DNA from: a virus
Taxonomy: Duplodnaviria > Caudoviricetes
DNA: 24,173 bases
IMG/VR virus record: IMGVR_UViG_3300017759_000081
Location: 1-24,173 of that record
Strand: one strand, 5' to 3'
In this document: positions 1-7,082 of the stretch, one piece after another
Numbering within the stretch: position 1 is the first letter of the stretch
Layout of the letters: the number at the start of each line of letters is the position of its first letter
The notes under the pieces: model-generated
The model's database searches: none
Seen by the model: only the letters and a program-made list of their open reading frames with translations
What the model was told of the DNA's origin: nothing
Position numbers and translations under genes: made by a program

Positions 1-574
1 GCCCAGCACCGGCAACTGGGATAGCCCGGTCACCAAGGATATTAGAACCTGTGTACTCAGGATCGAATGCGGCGCCTAATAATGATCGGATATCACGTGG
101 GTCGAACACCGCTTTATCTCGCGCTCCTGCAGCCTCGTTAATTGCAGTTATACCCAGCTCTCTCAGCTCTGCATTTGTGTCAGGCATTTGAGAGATAGCG
201 GTATCAGGATATTGAGCAAAATAATCACGCATACCGATTGTTTCGCCGCGCGTTAAAACCGGCATCACTTGCGCGCCTTCCTCTGGGTTATACAAGTTAC
301 GGCTTGCGTAACCAGAAGCCACCTCGGGATTTGCGCTCATGTAAACGCCGGGGCCAACATTACCAAATTCGCTAGGTGCAAAGTCTGTAAAATCTGCTTT
401 AGTACCGTGATACTGCACGTCGGCGGGATCAAAGCCCATAGCCTCGGCACGCTGCATACGGGAAGCGGTGTCCATTGGTAGGTCGCCAGAAGCAATACGC
501 TCGGCAACCTGCTCGGGATACCCGGTAGCGATTAACTCATCAAGAATACCGCGTAAGCGTGTGCCAATTGCCAT
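1..574 (-). CDS. ADP-ribosyltransferase-like protein (ART-PolyVal-like), 3' end outside the window; absent from the supplied ORF track
   Basis: Manual translation from ATG at 574 (GGAGG RBS just upstream) is open for 191 codons to the edge: MAIGTRLRGILDELIATGYPEQVAERIASGDLPMDTASRMQRAEAMGFDPADVQYHGTKADFTDF...GPGVYMSANPEVASGYA...QVMPV...RDKAVFDPRDIRS...AAFDP. The YHGT / GxGxYxS / AxxYA / VFDPxxIRS / AAFDP pattern matches the HY-type ARTs of phage polyvalent proteins. Confidence 0.75.
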   Translation of the reverse strand, partial: MAIGTRLRGILDELIATGYPEQVAERIASGDLPMDTASRMQRAEAMGFDPADVQYHGTKADFTDFAPSEFGNVGPGVYMSANPEVASGYASRNLYNPEEGAQVMPVLTRGETIGMRDYFAQYPDTAISQMPDTNAELRELGITAINEAAGARDKAVFDPRDIRSLLGAAFDPEYTGSNILGDRAIPVAGAG

Positions 575-595
575 GAAGCCTCCAGTGTGAAGGGC

Positions 596-606
596 CAATT
601 ATATCA
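596..606 (-). promoter_or_regulatory. Extended -10 promoter (TGnTATAAT) upstream of the ART gene
   Basis: Minus strand reads TGATATAATTG; the TGA is the terL stop codon. The same 11-mer occurs at 21022-21032. Confidence 0.55.
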
Positions 607-1890
607 GACAATGCCCTTGAGGTTACGTCGTATAGGCGCGCCCCAGTCGGAGAACTCTTTCCTGCCAATCGCTAGGTATCTAAATGCGTCTGCGCAGTGT
701 GATGTCCAGTCGTGCAATGGTCGCTCATTCCATACCTGCATGGTCTCGTTATACTGCCGGCGATACTGTCTCAAACAGTCGATGCCCTTCTCGCACTTGT
801 CCTTGTCAAAGTAACAGAGATCTAGCAGAGACCTTACAGCCTGGATGCCATCGTCTACGTTCAGTTGTGGAGCTATCGATACCGGCGTTACGCGTAAGTT
901 ATCCAATACCTCTAAGCGTGACCGGCCGCTGCCGAGCTCTCGTACCCGGACGTCGTGAGGTAGGATGTGTTGCTCGTAGATGTAGCCTTTCTCTTGCAGT
1001 ATGCGTGCGTAGTGATCGAGGCCAACACCGGCATTCTCGTAGTAATCTATCAGCCTAACCTCTGGACCGACAAACTGAGCAAACCAGATCGCCGTGCTAT
1101 CACCAACACCTAAGTCCCAGGCCGTCACCACGCCCACTGAGCGCTCGTATGGGACACGATCAATGCGACCCTCGTGCAATGCATTAGCCATTTCATTGGT
1201 GTAGTAAGCGCCTTCTGAGAAGATTCTGAAGTCACCTTCCCATATATGATCGTAGACATCCGGGCGCTTCTTAAAATCGTCCTGTCGCTCCTGTTCGAGT
1301 ACGTCAGGGAACCACGGGTTGTCCCGCCAGTTCATATCCACAATCTTGCACTGCTCTGGCATGTTGACCCGGAACCGGTGATGCGTAGCAGAATGCTTGT
1401 TCTCAGGGTTCCACGTGACCCATATCTCAGAGTCGTCCTCTCGCACAGTAGGTATAAGCTTCTGCCACGCCGTCTCAGTAACAGTCTCGGCCTCGTCTAC
1501 CCAGCATAGTAGGATGCGCGCCTTTGACTTGATGCTATCCAGGTTGCGTCTAAGGCCGGCGAACACGTACGTAATGCGACCATCTCGGGAACGTATGTAA
1601 CGCTCACCGATCTCGTAGTAGTCCATCAGGCAGGGAACAGAGCGGATAGCAGACTTGACCTCTTCCATAGAGGACTCGTCCAGAGAGTTAAGGTGCTCAC
1701 GTGCGCAGAGTATCTGTCCCTGCTTACCGGCTACACCCCAGCGCATACCCCATACAGCAGTCATCAGAGCAAAGGATCGTGTCTTAGCAGAACCTCGGCC
1801 ACCGTATGAGCAGCGGTATCTAGCCTCCCCAGTGAATAGGTCAGCTAGTTTAGGAGGTAGTTCAATCGAGACCTTTTGCGACAAGTTCAA
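604..1890 (-). CDS. terL: Terminase large subunit (PBSX-like)
   Basis: Walker A YGGRGSAKT, Walker B CWVDEAE, TWNP coupling motif, RNase H-like nuclease motifs AWDLGVGDSTAIW and HDWTSHCADAFRY. Confidence 0.95.
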   Translation of the reverse strand: MNLSQKVSIELPPKLADLFTGEARYRCSYGGRGSAKTRSFALMTAVWGMRWGVAGKQGQILCAREHLNSLDESSMEEVKSAIRSVPCLMDYYEIGERYIRSRDGRITYVFAGLRRNLDSIKSKARILLCWVDEAETVTETAWQKLIPTVREDDSEIWVTWNPENKHSATHHRFRVNMPEQCKIVDMNWRDNPWFPDVLEQERQDDFKKRPDVYDHIWEGDFRIFSEGAYYTNEMANALHEGRIDRVPYERSVGVVTAWDLGVGDSTAIWFAQFVGPEVRLIDYYENAGVGLDHYARILQEKGYIYEQHILPHDVRVRELGSGRSRLEVLDNLRVTPVSIAPQLNVDDGIQAVRSLLDLCYFDKDKCEKGIDCLRQYRRQYNETMQVWNERPLHDWTSHCADAFRYLAIGRKEFSDWGAPIRRNLKGIV

Positions 1891-2167
1891 TTACCGTAGG
1901 TGGAGTCATGGAACCATCGCTAGAAGATAGATCAGCGTCTACTTGCTTCAGGTCAGGCAGCGTCTTAGCGAGCATCTTAAGCCGTAGTTCAGCCTGTGTC
2001 TTCTTCTGCTGTACCTTAGCTTGGAAGTGATCGTCTGTTTGCGGGTCAAGCTCTCCGATTTCGTCAATCAAATCAAAGATATATTCTGCCTTACCCCTAA
2101 CGCTTAATGCGCGTCTGTTCTCTTCGTCCTTAACAGCGCGTATCTTATGCCGTCTTGTAGTTGCCAC
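1862..2167 (-). CDS. Probable terminase small subunit
   Basis: 101-aa helical protein directly upstream of and overlapping terL; C-terminal KTLPDLKQVD...TVIELV strand typical of TerS. Mainly a positional call. Confidence 0.6.
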   Translation of the reverse strand: MATTRRHKIRAVKDEENRRALSVRGKAEYIFDLIDEIGELDPQTDDHFQAKVQQKKTQAELRLKMLAKTLPDLKQVDADLSSSDGSMTPPTVIELVAKGLD

Positions 2168-2170
2168 CGG

Positions 2171-2377
2171 TTAGTCCTCATCTGGGTGCGGTATAGATTC
2201 AGCCCAGTACAGCCCCATGCTGCGTCCTGCGCGTACTTCGCCGTCCATAATGTCATTAACGGTAAGAGGCCACGACTCGACGGTGCTATCATCGAATGCG
2301 ACCAAAACGGTTTTCTCTTCTTGCGGCATGTTACCAGCTTCGATGACGTGCCACTCAATATTAACCACTTGCAGCAT
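2171..2377 (-). CDS. Small hypothetical protein, DUF551-like
   Basis: W..(x)..MP.....VLV N-terminal and YWA...P C-terminal pattern; GGGG RBS upstream. Confidence 0.55.
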   Translation of the reverse strand: MLQVVNIEWHVIEAGNMPQEEKTVLVAFDDSTVESWPLTVNDIMDGEVRAGRSMGLYWAESIPHPDED

Positions 2378-2407
2378 AGCCCCCGCCTCACTGCCAATGA
2401 CAGTGCT

Positions 2408-2435
2408 ATTTTACTCTAATCGTCTGTTTTCTCAA
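2408..2435 (-). promoter_or_regulatory. Putative sigma70-type promoter upstream of the DUF551-terS-terL cluster
   Basis: TTGAGA-N16-TAAAAT on the minus strand, followed by the small hairpin CACTGTC-ATT-GGCAGTG before the RBS. Confidence 0.4.
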
Positions 2436-2604
2436 CATATTGTGGATTAGGTGTGTACATAGACTCACCATATAGTTCGAACTGGCGTAGGTACTTGCGC
2501 ATAGTGTCGTAGTGAACACCGAAGGCTTCGGATAAAGACCACACGTCAACACCCTTGTCATAGAGCGAGCGTGCTTCTTGCATTTCTTGTTTTGATATTT
2601 TCAT
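2416..2604 (-). CDS. Small helix-turn-helix protein (62 aa)
   Basis: Start moved to MKISKQEM (AAGGGGA RBS). ARSLYDKGVDVWSLSEAFGVHYDTMRKYL is an HTH signature. Confidence 0.7.
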   Translation of the reverse strand: MKISKQEMQEARSLYDKGVDVWSLSEAFGVHYDTMRKYLRQFELYGESMYTPNPQYVEKTDD

Positions 2605-2622
2605 TTGATCCCCTTGAGTAAA

Positions 2623-2703
2623 GCAGCAATTGTATCCACCGGGATGCTGCCAACCGGCTTGGCGATAGCGCTGTAAGGCCAACAGAGGAAAACCCCAGCG
2701 CCA
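2623..2703 (-). ncRNA. Candidate structured intergenic RNA element (three adjacent hairpins)
   Basis: Inverted repeats GCAGCA/TGCTGC with inner ATCC/GGAT, GCCAA/TTGGC and TAGCGCTG/CAGCGCCA fill the 2605-2713 gap. Strand assumed from the flanking genes. Confidence 0.35.
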
Positions 2704-2713
2704 TACGGATTCT

Positions 2714-2974
2714 TTAATGGGCTTGTGGCGGCTCTTCATCAAAGCTTTCTAAAAGCTCTCGTAAGTAGTCTATGTCAGCGCCTGCCTGTTTCAGACACTC
2801 TACGGAGCCGGTGAATACAAATAACCACGCGAACTTTTCGTCTGAGCCTGGCTCTCGCTCTAGAAACATCTCTACACTCGCGATAAGGTCATCCCTAAAG
2901 TCGTTAATCGCCTTAACAAAGTGCGCGTTTCGCGTCTCTGGTGTTTCAAAGTTACCGTCTACTACTTCTCCCAT
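2714..2974 (-). CDS. Hypothetical acidic protein
   Basis: 86-aa ORF with GGGAGG RBS; overlaps the stop of the upstream gene. Confidence 0.7.
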   Translation of the reverse strand: MGEVVDGNFETPETRNAHFVKAINDFRDDLIASVEMFLEREPGSDEKFAWLFVFTGSVECLKQAGADIDYLRELLESFDEEPPQAH

Positions 2975-3138
2975 GATCTTGCCTCCCTTGGCAATTGATC
3001 AGCCCACGCTTTTAGCTTTTCATTCTTGCGCAATTTCTTGATGGCAGCCTGTTCTAACTGCCGCACTCTTACTCTACTAATACCCAGCTCGTCCGCAACC
3101 TCTTGCTGCGTCATCTCAGTTGATGCTTTATTGTTCAT
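2962..3138 (-). CDS. Stand-alone sigma70 region-4-like HTH protein (58 aa)
   Basis: MTQQEVADELGISRVRVRQLEQAAIKKLR aligns by eye with RpoD region 4.2 ([28 protein letters not shown]). Start moved to MNNKAS. Confidence 0.8.
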   Translation of the reverse strand: MNNKASTEMTQQEVADELGISRVRVRQLEQAAIKKLRKNEKLKAWADQLPREARSWEK

Positions 3139-3328
3139 CGCATTTGATCTGCAGGTTGTACGGTGGATGTCCGAACTCGCCGCGACTCTCTGCGTAACGA
3201 TTAACGCTATCACAGTAGTGACGTTGCGACTGCAGCGCGTCCTCAAAGTCGCCAGTGCCTACCAAGCCGTAAGCGATGATGAATACAACAAGCGCCAAGA
3301 ATAGGTGCTTTCTATCTGTTAGTTCCAT
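3128..3328 (-). CDS. Small membrane-anchored hypothetical protein (66 aa)
   Basis: Start MELTDRK (GAGGG RBS); N-terminal hydrophobic helix LFLALVVFIIAYGLVG; two Cys downstream. Confidence 0.7.
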   Translation of the reverse strand: MELTDRKHLFLALVVFIIAYGLVGTGDFEDALQSQRHYCDSVNRYAESRGEFGHPPYNLQIKCDEQ

Positions 3329-3486
3329 GTGATTACCCTCTTTACTTTTTTTATGCGTGCCGGCAAGTCCTCGATATCGAACTCGTTCAGCGTTGGAAAC
3401 TCTAGCTCTATGATGGACGCGATCTCGTGATCGTAATAACGCGCGCGCAATAGAGATAAGATGCGAAGCTCGATGTCTGCGTTCAT
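3319..3486 (-). CDS. Small hypothetical protein (55 aa), not in the ORF track
   Basis: Manual translation MNADIELRILSLLRARYYDHEIASIIELEFPTLNEFDIEDLPARIKKVKRVITWN*; fills the gap between neighbouring genes; GGGAG upstream. Confidence 0.65.
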   Translation of the reverse strand: MNADIELRILSLLRARYYDHEIASIIELEFPTLNEFDIEDLPARIKKVKRVITWN

Positions 3487-3491
3487 GTCTG

Positions 3492-3638
3492 TTATTGGTC
3501 TCCCTCATACGGATCATGGACGCCAGGATACTTAATCAACCAAGAGCCTTGCACATTCTCGATATACTTAGTGCTGACATCGCTATGTTTACACCAGCGT
3601 AAAGCACTCTCTAAGCTGTTAAATACGATTGTCGTCAT
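3492..3638 (-). CDS. Small hypothetical protein (48 aa)
   Basis: MTTIVFNSLESALRWCK... with GGGGA RBS; tiles with neighbouring genes. Confidence 0.6.
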   Translation of the reverse strand: MTTIVFNSLESALRWCKHSDVSTKYIENVQGSWLIKYPGVHDPYEGDQ

Positions 3639-3653
3639 GCCATCCCCAAGCAG

Positions 3654-3673
3654 AAAAGGCCGCTTATGCGGCC
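3654..3673 (-). terminator. Intrinsic terminator or attenuator after the first early gene
   Basis: GGCCGC-ATAA-GCGGCC followed by TTTT; the stop codon lies in the loop. Confidence 0.55.
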
Positions 3674-3882
3674 AGCTCGATTGCGCGTTCGATAACGTCT
3701 GCATCTAAGAATGCGCCATGAGTAAACTTGTAGCGACCGATGTTCATATCCAGTTTTACAATTTTCTCATTGATGTAGTAGGCGGCAACTTCTTCGGCGT
3801 AGTTGTTAGCGCCAGCAATACGCAGAGCTTCAATCAAGTTAGCTTCAGCGTTTTCGATGCGGATGTTGATGTCGTTGTACAT
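3664..3882 (-). CDS. Early hypothetical protein (72 aa) ending in -LAA
   Basis: Start MYNDIN with GGGAGAG RBS; first gene after the promoter at 3927-3955. Confidence 0.75.
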   Translation of the reverse strand: MYNDINIRIENAEANLIEALRIAGANNYAEEVAAYYINEKIVKLDMNIGRYKFTHGAFLDADVIERAIELAA

Positions 3883-3926
3883 TGTGTCTCTCCCGTTAGA
3901 CAAGCCGGGACATCCCCGACACAGTT

Positions 3927-3985
3927 AAGATAACAACATGTGTTATTACGTGCAAGCGTTTTAGGAAAGTTTTTTACTTTTTTTG
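3927..3985 (-). promoter_or_regulatory. Sigma70 early promoter with UP-like A-tracts and operator TAACA-N5-TGTTA (3931-3945)
   Basis: TTGCAC-N17-TATCTT with TGn extended -10; A-tracts upstream; the palindromic 15-mer overlaps the spacer and -10. Confidence 0.75.
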
Positions 3986-4030
3986 GGGGCAGTAAGCTGG
4001 GGTGTGTCACCCTGCGGGATTCCGGTCTAG

Positions 4031-4225
4031 CTACCGGACGGGATAGTACTTTGCCATTTCGAGTGCTCGCGCGTTCTCCAGCTTGTTAATAGCACAGAGA
4101 TCGAGATACTCGGACTCGGTGAGTCCTTTCAGTCGCCCAACGAGAACACAAACCTCTTCTAAGCTCTCGATGTGCTTATAGCCGTTGCGAGTACAGAACA
4201 TGGCACGCTTAACCTTCGTACACAT
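4031..4225 (-). CDS. Hypothetical protein (64 aa)
   Basis: Start MCTKVK after GGAGG; a TATAAT lies just upstream (about 4250-4255). Confidence 0.7.
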   Translation of the reverse strand: MCTKVKRAMFCTRNGYKHIESLEEVCVLVGRLKGLTESEYLDLCAINKLENARALEMAKYYPVR

Positions 4226-4273
4226 AGTCACCTCCATATAGGCATGACTATTATACTACATATCATGTTATGG

Positions 4274-4693
4274 CTACACGCCAGCCAACCGCTGCTCTTG
4301 TTCTTTTATTCTTCTCTTGTACTCAGCAATTAGTTCCAGCAACTCAGTGTCAGTAAATTTGCGAACCTGATGCTTTGAGGCAACCAGCTCTTTCATGGCA
4401 TCCAAACCATAAGTGTCGATCATAAAAACAGAGTAGCTATCAATGTTTCCGTTCTTATGGTTGTTGCAGCCTTTGCATTGAGGGTGAATATTCTCTTCTA
4501 CAAGAAGCGTAGCGTTGTGTCTGCGGCTAACAAAATGCCCGCCGTCCATGTTTTTATAAAGCTCTATCTTCCCGCAAGTTACACACTGGCACATACCGAA
4601 GTCGTCTGCGTACTTCATGCGAACAAGCTTCTGTAATAGCGTGGCAGCTTCCTGTTTAAGCTTGGCTACTGTCTTCGGCTTCCTGGTGGGCAC
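4274..4693 (-). CDS. ninG: NinG/Rap-like recombination endonuclease (HNH, Zn-binding)
   Basis: CVTCG...MDGGHFVSR...EENIHPQCKGCN motif of the lambda NinG family; GTG start. Confidence 0.85.
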   Translation of the reverse strand: MPTRKPKTVAKLKQEAATLLQKLVRMKYADDFGMCQCVTCGKIELYKNMDGGHFVSRRHNATLLVEENIHPQCKGCNNHKNGNIDSYSVFMIDTYGLDAMKELVASKHQVRKFTDTELLELIAEYKRRIKEQEQRLAGV

Positions 4694-4868
4694 TAGTGAA
4701 CTTCCTCTCTCGATGTATCGCCTTTTCGAATATACCGCACTCTACACATAACCAGCCGCGAAGGTAATGCGGTCGCCTTTTACTAAAGTGTGGCGGCATG
4801 ATGTCGTTGCACTTAATGCACCGTTGTTGCGGAATCCTCGCTGTCGTTAAGTTCTTCAAGCTCGTCAA
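4656..4868 (-). CDS. Small Zn-ribbon protein
   Basis: CIKC...CVEC pairs; TTG start after GGGGG. It overlaps both neighbours, so the start is uncertain. Confidence 0.5.
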   Translation of the reverse strand: MTSLKNLTTARIPQQRCIKCNDIMPPHFSKRRPHYLRGWLCVECGIFEKAIHRERKFTSAHQEAEDSSQA

Positions 4869-5067
4869 TGTCCCCCTGCAGAGCAGCCACCCATATCGAT
4901 GAGAAGGTCTCTACGTCCATGTCTATTGTAAAAGGTTCTGACTCCGTATCGATAAATACGTCAGTCCATTCTGAGTTATGTTTATTAGCAGCAGCCCCAG
5001 TGATGTAGCGCACCAACAGAAATACGTAACCCCCGCTTGCCAAGGGTGCGCGCATCATTTCGATCAT
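4813..5067 (-). CDS. Hypothetical protein
   Basis: 84-aa ORF directly downstream of the phosphoesterase gene; acidic C-terminus. Confidence 0.65.
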   Translation of the reverse strand: MIEMMRAPLASGGYVFLLVRYITGAAANKHNSEWTDVFIDTESEPFTIDMDVETFSSIWVAALQGDIDELEELNDSEDSATTVH

Positions 5068-5073
5068 GGCGGC

Positions 5074-6288
5074 TCACTCTGCAATCATCTTGTAGGAGAT
5101 TGTATTATACGCCACCTGACCATAGTCTTTGTGATATGTGATGACATTCGCCTCTCTACCACTGAGCCAACCGCCCCGGCTACTGTAGGCATCAGCACTT
5201 GCGAGTGTCCGGTGTTGCTCTACAACCATTAGGTTTGTCTCTTTTTTATCGATAGAGTGATAATGACCCATATGCGCGTAAGCGTGCTCTGTACGACCAA
5301 AGACCTCGCGGTACTTGGCAGCAAATACGGTATCGACGTTTGCGACCTTACGCTTATGTCCGTGATGGAAGAATAGCGCTGTCTTGCCAAACTCGTAGCA
5401 GTAATAAGTGTCAGCAGAGTTATCGATAAACACCCTGGGCTCGTTCTCATACAAAGCCATCAAGAGCTCGCGCATCCATATAGCAGAGTAGGGATCGTGG
5501 TTGGCGTCACACCACTTGACGTGTACGTGCTTGTGCTTTTCTAACAGCATCTTAATGACCTGCCGGGTAACTCTAATCGTTGCCCTGACAATCTTAAAAG
5601 CACGCGAGTCGGCATCAAGGAGATGTTTAGAAGCCGGAGTCAATGGCTCTAGATCAAAATGCTGGAAGTCGCCAAGTTGAGCATAAACAGCTGTGTCAGC
5701 ATCCGGGCTTATCCTAATCGCCTCTGCAAACCATTTAACCAATGTGTCCTCAGCAATCTTCAAGTCCCAATTATCGTTCTGAGTTTGACCAGAGGCGTTC
5801 ACTTCGTCGCTGTCGGCCAGCATGCCCATATGGTAGTCAGTTATCACAAAACAGTTGCAAAGCTTCTCAGCGTCAATCTGAGGGGCTTGTACGGGGTTTG
5901 CAGGCTCAATCTCCTCGGTCATGCCCTTAACAATCTCTCGCATGACCTCTATCTGCTGTTGCGCATCCTGCTGCGTCTTCACCCACGTCATAATAGGCTT
6001 ATTCTCAGCATCGTAAAGGATCGACTCGCCCCTGATGATTTGACCTGGGGGCGCCGGGTTTACCTGATCGTGCTTAGGAGAATAACCTTGTAAAGCGCTC
6101 TTTTTAACGACAGCTCTCAGCCTATCTTTTATGGCCTGCCGATTTACGTTTAAAATCTCCGCCGCACCTTTTATTGATGAGCCTTCAACCCAACATAGTT
6201 GCACGATCTCTCGTTGTTTATCAGTTAGGTCGATTTTGTCGAGTATCTCAAGCGCTTGGCTTGATGTGTAAGCATTCCCGTAACTCAT
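5074..6288 (-). CDS. Calcineurin-like metallophosphoesterase with N-terminal sigma4-like HTH
   Basis: Motifs ITDYH, LGDFQHFD, ANHD, HHGH, GHYH; N-terminal LTDKQREIVQL...SIKGAAEILNVNRQAIKDRL HTH. Confidence 0.8.
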   Translation of the reverse strand: MSYGNAYTSSQALEILDKIDLTDKQREIVQLCWVEGSSIKGAAEILNVNRQAIKDRLRAVVKKSALQGYSPKHDQVNPAPPGQIIRGESILYDAENKPIMTWVKTQQDAQQQIEVMREIVKGMTEEIEPANPVQAPQIDAEKLCNCFVITDYHMGMLADSDEVNASGQTQNDNWDLKIAEDTLVKWFAEAIRISPDADTAVYAQLGDFQHFDLEPLTPASKHLLDADSRAFKIVRATIRVTRQVIKMLLEKHKHVHVKWCDANHDPYSAIWMRELLMALYENEPRVFIDNSADTYYCYEFGKTALFFHHGHKRKVANVDTVFAAKYREVFGRTEHAYAHMGHYHSIDKKETNLMVVEQHRTLASADAYSSRGGWLSGREANVITYHKDYGQVAYNTISYKMIAE

Positions 6289-6306
6289 AATTCCCCCCAG
6301 AACCTA

Positions 6307-6690
6307 TCACCGGCCAAACCTCACATCTACGTCATGAGTTTCAGCTAGGTGTTTAGCAATGACTCGAAACACGTCGTCTACGTCGTGCATCTTTAACTGC
6401 GTCACTGACTTCTTACCCAAAAGAGCCTGCTGTACAGGGCGCCACATAATCTCTTTTACGAGCTTGCCTGTAGGCTCTATAGGTAGCGTTACCACTTGCT
6501 GCATGTCATGTCCCGAGGCCGCGAGGGTCCGGGCTATGTCGTCGCAATAGGCGTGGATTGCCTTGTTTTGTTGTGATGTTAGTTTTGGCTCGAGAATTTC
6601 GTACACCTTGCCAGAATCTCGATGCTCCATGATGTACTGACAAAACTGCTCTGCTTGATACTTATTGTTAACAATCCAGCGCTGACTCAT
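6307..6690 (-). CDS. NinB/YbcN-like recombination protein
   Basis: LTSQQNKAIHAYCDDIA and KSVTQLKM resemble the NinB motifs RSxxQN...W/H and STxxL; located upstream of ninG. Confidence 0.6.
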   Translation of the reverse strand: MSQRWIVNNKYQAEQFCQYIMEHRDSGKVYEILEPKLTSQQNKAIHAYCDDIARTLAASGHDMQQVVTLPIEPTGKLVKEIMWRPVQQALLGKKSVTQLKMHDVDDVFRVIAKHLAETHDVDVRFGR

Positions 6691-7082
6691 ACTTCTACCC
6701 TATCTCCATCAAAGCTCATGTACTGGCCGTATGTAGCCAGACAATGCTGTCGAAACGATTCGGATTTCATAAAGTCGTGAGTTAAGCAATCTATGCTAGT
6801 CCAGGCTCTAAGGCCAATTTTATCACGAACTTGGTTATGAGGTATTTGGGCTGCAAAAGGGCTTATACCGCGCTCCTCCTTGCTTGCTTTATTACACCAA
6901 GCAGCTATGAATCTTTTGCATCCAGCACGAGTTTTGCGTTTCTTTGGGTTGGCATCAGCCCACGCAGCCATCGCTGAGAGCTCACGATACACGTCTATGT
7001 CTGGGTAGCTTTTCTGTAGGTAGATAGAGTATTCATCGTCTATCTCGAAGTACGTACCGTCATTTAAAATAATCATCCACAC
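6687..7082 (-). CDS. Stand-alone C-terminal domain of a phage replication initiator
   Basis: ILNDGTYF...YPDIDVYRELSAMAAWADANPKKRKTRAGCKRFIAAWCNKA matches by eye the conserved C-terminal module of phage replication (O-like) proteins. There is no N-terminal HTH, and an in-frame TAA lies at 7119-7121. Confidence 0.7.
   Translation of the reverse strand: MWMIILNDGTYFEIDDEYSIYLQKSYPDIDVYRELSAMAAWADANPKKRKTRAGCKRFIAAWCNKASKEERGISPFAAQIPHNQVRDKIGLRAWTSIDCLTHDFMKSESFRQHCLATYGQYMSFDGDRVEV

Noticed and set aside
2623-2703. tRNA gene
   Set aside because: No acceptor stem closing the hairpins, no TTCRA T-loop and no CCA end.
3997-4037. Small hairpins GGGTG/CACCC and CCGGT/ACCGG after the 4031 stop
   Set aside because: The stems are short with no T-tract in the coding orientation, which is too weak to call a terminator or RNA element.
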